From NCBI GenBank assembly GCA_028289675.1, contig JANQOL010000444.1, positions 2,026-66,025 of the forward strand: a DNA stretch of 64,000 nucleotides, in the 5' to 3' direction. Of the stretch, positions 62,146 to 64,000 are shown piece by piece. Made by a program: the position numbers and the translations under genes. How positions within the stretch are numbered: position 1 is the stretch's first letter; the number at the start of each line of letters is the position of its first letter. Under the pieces are notes generated by a model. It searched no databases. It saw nothing but the letters and a program-made list of their open reading frames with translations, and was not told where the DNA came from. Source of the stretch: Pirellulaceae bacterium. GTDB taxonomy: Bacteria; Planctomycetota; Planctomycetia; Pirellulales; Pirellulaceae.

Positions 62146-64000
62146 ATGCGCCGTGTGAAGACTCTGCTCTATGTGTTGTGTTTGTCGTTGACGTGCTCCA
62201 GTTTGGCGGCACAGTCACCACAACTCGCGCCCGCAGTTCCCCAAGAAATCGGTTTATCGAAGCCGGCCCTCGATGACATCACTCAGATGCTCGAACGTCA
62301 AGTCAGCGAGGGGAAGATCGCGGGCGCGGTGGCGGCGGTTGCCCGGCATGGCCGTATCGGATACTTGCAGGCTGTTGGTGACCGGGCGCCAGATACGGCC
62401 ATGCAAACCGATACATTGTTTCGCATCGCCTCGATGACCAAGATCATTACCTGCGCAGGCGTCATGAGCCTTGTAGAAGATGGGCACTTAACTCTGGACG
62501 CGCCGCTCTCCAACTTCCTGCCAGAATTTGCGGGTCAGCGCGTCTTGGTGGACCCTACAGGAGCCAGCTTGGCGACCACTTCAGCCGCACGGGAGCCGAC
62601 GATTCATGATCTGCTAACCCATCGTTCGGGGCTGACTTACGGTTGGTTTGGCCCCGCCGCATTGGACGAGATCTACCGGGAGCACGATCTCACAGATCTG
62701 TTTGTCCCAACGGACGAAACTATGGGACAGCGCGTATCACGGTTAGCACGCGTCCCACTGAAATTCCAGCCCGGTTCCGCTTGGGACTATAGTTTGTCCA
62801 CTGATGTTCTGGGGCGCGTCATTGAGGCCGTCAGCGGCCTGACGCTGGAGCAGTTCTTGCGCGAGAGATTCTTTCGCCCATTGAGCATGAACGACACATT
62901 CTTTGCGGTTCCCGATGCCAAGTGGTCGCGGATGTCCGCCTTGTACACCACCGGGGAAGATCAGTCTTTGCAGCTAGTGTCCAGTCAGCCAATTACGGCT
63001 GGATTCCTCCGGTTCTCCGACGATTACTGCCGCAGTGACAATCGCTTCGAGGCAGGTGGTAGCGGCCTGGTTTCAACTGCCGGCGACTATCTCCGATTCC
63101 TGCAAATGCTACTTGCTGGCGGAGAGCTGGAGGGCACGCGGGTGCTGCAAGCTGCAACCGTGGAGTTGATGACTCGCAACCACATCGGAGACATGCGCAT
63201 TCCGTTCCCGGATCATGGCGACGGTTTTGGTTTGGGATTTGGAGTCTTGACTCCGGCAGGCGTCGCTGATGATGTGGCATCGGTGGGCACATACTCTTGG
63301 GGCGGCGTGTTCAACACGTATTTTTGGGTCGATCCCCAGGAGCAGTTCATTGGAGTGCTGATGACTCAGTTGTTTCCGTATAACCACCTGAACACTCGCA
63401 CGGAATTCAAACGCTTGGCCTACGCGGCCCTCGATGACTCCGGATTTGAGCAACGGTATTGGTACGAACCGGGAGAAGAGTTCGCCAACCCACACTTCAA
63501 CGGTCGCCAGTTGCGCGTCAACGCACCGGCGGCATCGACCGATGACCAGTTTGCGTCGCGTAGCGAGGTCCGATCCAGCGGCTTGGCGCGTATCGAGGTT
63601 GAAGAAGACCTGCGGGAGGTGCGGCGCGCTGATTTGATGACGGAGATGTGGGGCGGGCATCCGGGCACGGCGAACAAGCGTGTGTCCGTCAACGGTCGAA
63701 CGACTCGGTTGATCCCCGAAGTTGGCGCGGCCAGCCACCATTGCACTCACCAGTACCCCAGTTTCAATCTGCGTCGGCAAGACTTGGTCAACGGCTACAA
63801 CTCGTGTCAGTTCGCTTGTGACCAGGGTGATACTTTCTGGGGCCATTACATCGTGGACAACGCGGCCCTGTGCGTTGGCTTGTCGGCCAACGATCCGCGT
63901 TTGCAAGCGCACGAACTTTCAAACTTCTCGGCCCAAGTCAGCGCCCAAGCGGAGCCTGGCGGTGAAGGGTTTCGGTTGCAGTTGAACACCGAGACGCCTG
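62146..64000 (+). CDS. Secreted serine hydrolase (beta-lactamase class C/esterase family) with extra C-terminal domain; runs off the window
   Basis: Manual translation: MRRVKTLLYVLCLSL... signal peptide, FRIASMTK (SxxK), LLTHRSGL, FQPGSAWDYS, WGG..NTYFWVDP. Confidence 0.88.
   Translation, partial: MRRVKTLLYVLCLSLTCSSLAAQSPQLAPAVPQEIGLSKPALDDITQMLERQVSEGKIAGAVAAVARHGRIGYLQAVGDRAPDTAMQTDTLFRIASMTKIITCAGVMSLVEDGHLTLDAPLSNFLPEFAGQRVLVDPTGASLATTSAAREPTIHDLLTHRSGLTYGWFGPAALDEIYREHDLTDLFVPTDETMGQRVSRLARVPLKFQPGSAWDYSLSTDVLGRVIEAVSGLTLEQFLRERFFRPLSMNDTFFAVPDAKWSRMSALYTTGEDQSLQLVSSQPITAGFLRFSDDYCRSDNRFEAGGSGLVSTAGDYLRFLQMLLAGGELEGTRVLQAATVELMTRNHIGDMRIPFPDHGDGFGLGFGVLTPAGVADDVASVGTYSWGGVFNTYFWVDPQEQFIGVLMTQLFPYNHLNTRTEFKRLAYAALDDSGFEQRYWYEPGEEFANPHFNGRQLRVNAPAASTDDQFASRSEVRSSGLARIEVEEDLREVRRADLMTEMWGGHPGTANKRVSVNGRTTRLIPEVGAASHHCTHQYPSFNLRRQDLVNGYNSCQFACDQGDTFWGHYIVDNAALCVGLSANDPRLQAHELSNFSAQVSAQAEPGGEGFRLQLNTETP

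Noticed and set aside
63109-63912. 267-aa - strand ORF
   Set aside because: Antisense to the serine hydrolase that runs off the window end.

Overview
64 kb of a GC-rich bacterial chromosome, very probably a planctomycete (Pirellulaceae-like). This rests on a DUF1549/DUF1553 protein, DUF1080 proteins, an ECF sigma/anti-sigma cassette, H4MPT C1 genes and hpnCDE. Positions 1-41.9 kb are mostly housekeeping and metabolic genes: ROK kinase, ppk1, thiC, rarA, oleC-like ligase, RimK-type ligase, mch, MntR/DtxR regulator, pyrB plus a catalytically degenerate pyrC', ispH, hpnCDE and a membrane PPase. The outstanding feature is an 18.5-kb co-directional four-gene cluster (42401-60866) with no recognisable signal peptides. 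It encodes two paralogous small proteins, each built of two copies of one beta-sandwich-like domain, a 1283-aa beta-rich protein, and a 4318-aa giant. The giant reads N to C as: putative GT-B glycosyltransferase, ~1100-aa amphipathic beta-strand region, two LysM-like clusters, three Ig-like domains. This looks like an undescribed large effector/toxin-delivery or surface-glycan-targeting system. No rRNA, tRNA, CRISPR, integrase or transposase was seen. All domain calls come from reading motifs by eye; no database search was run.
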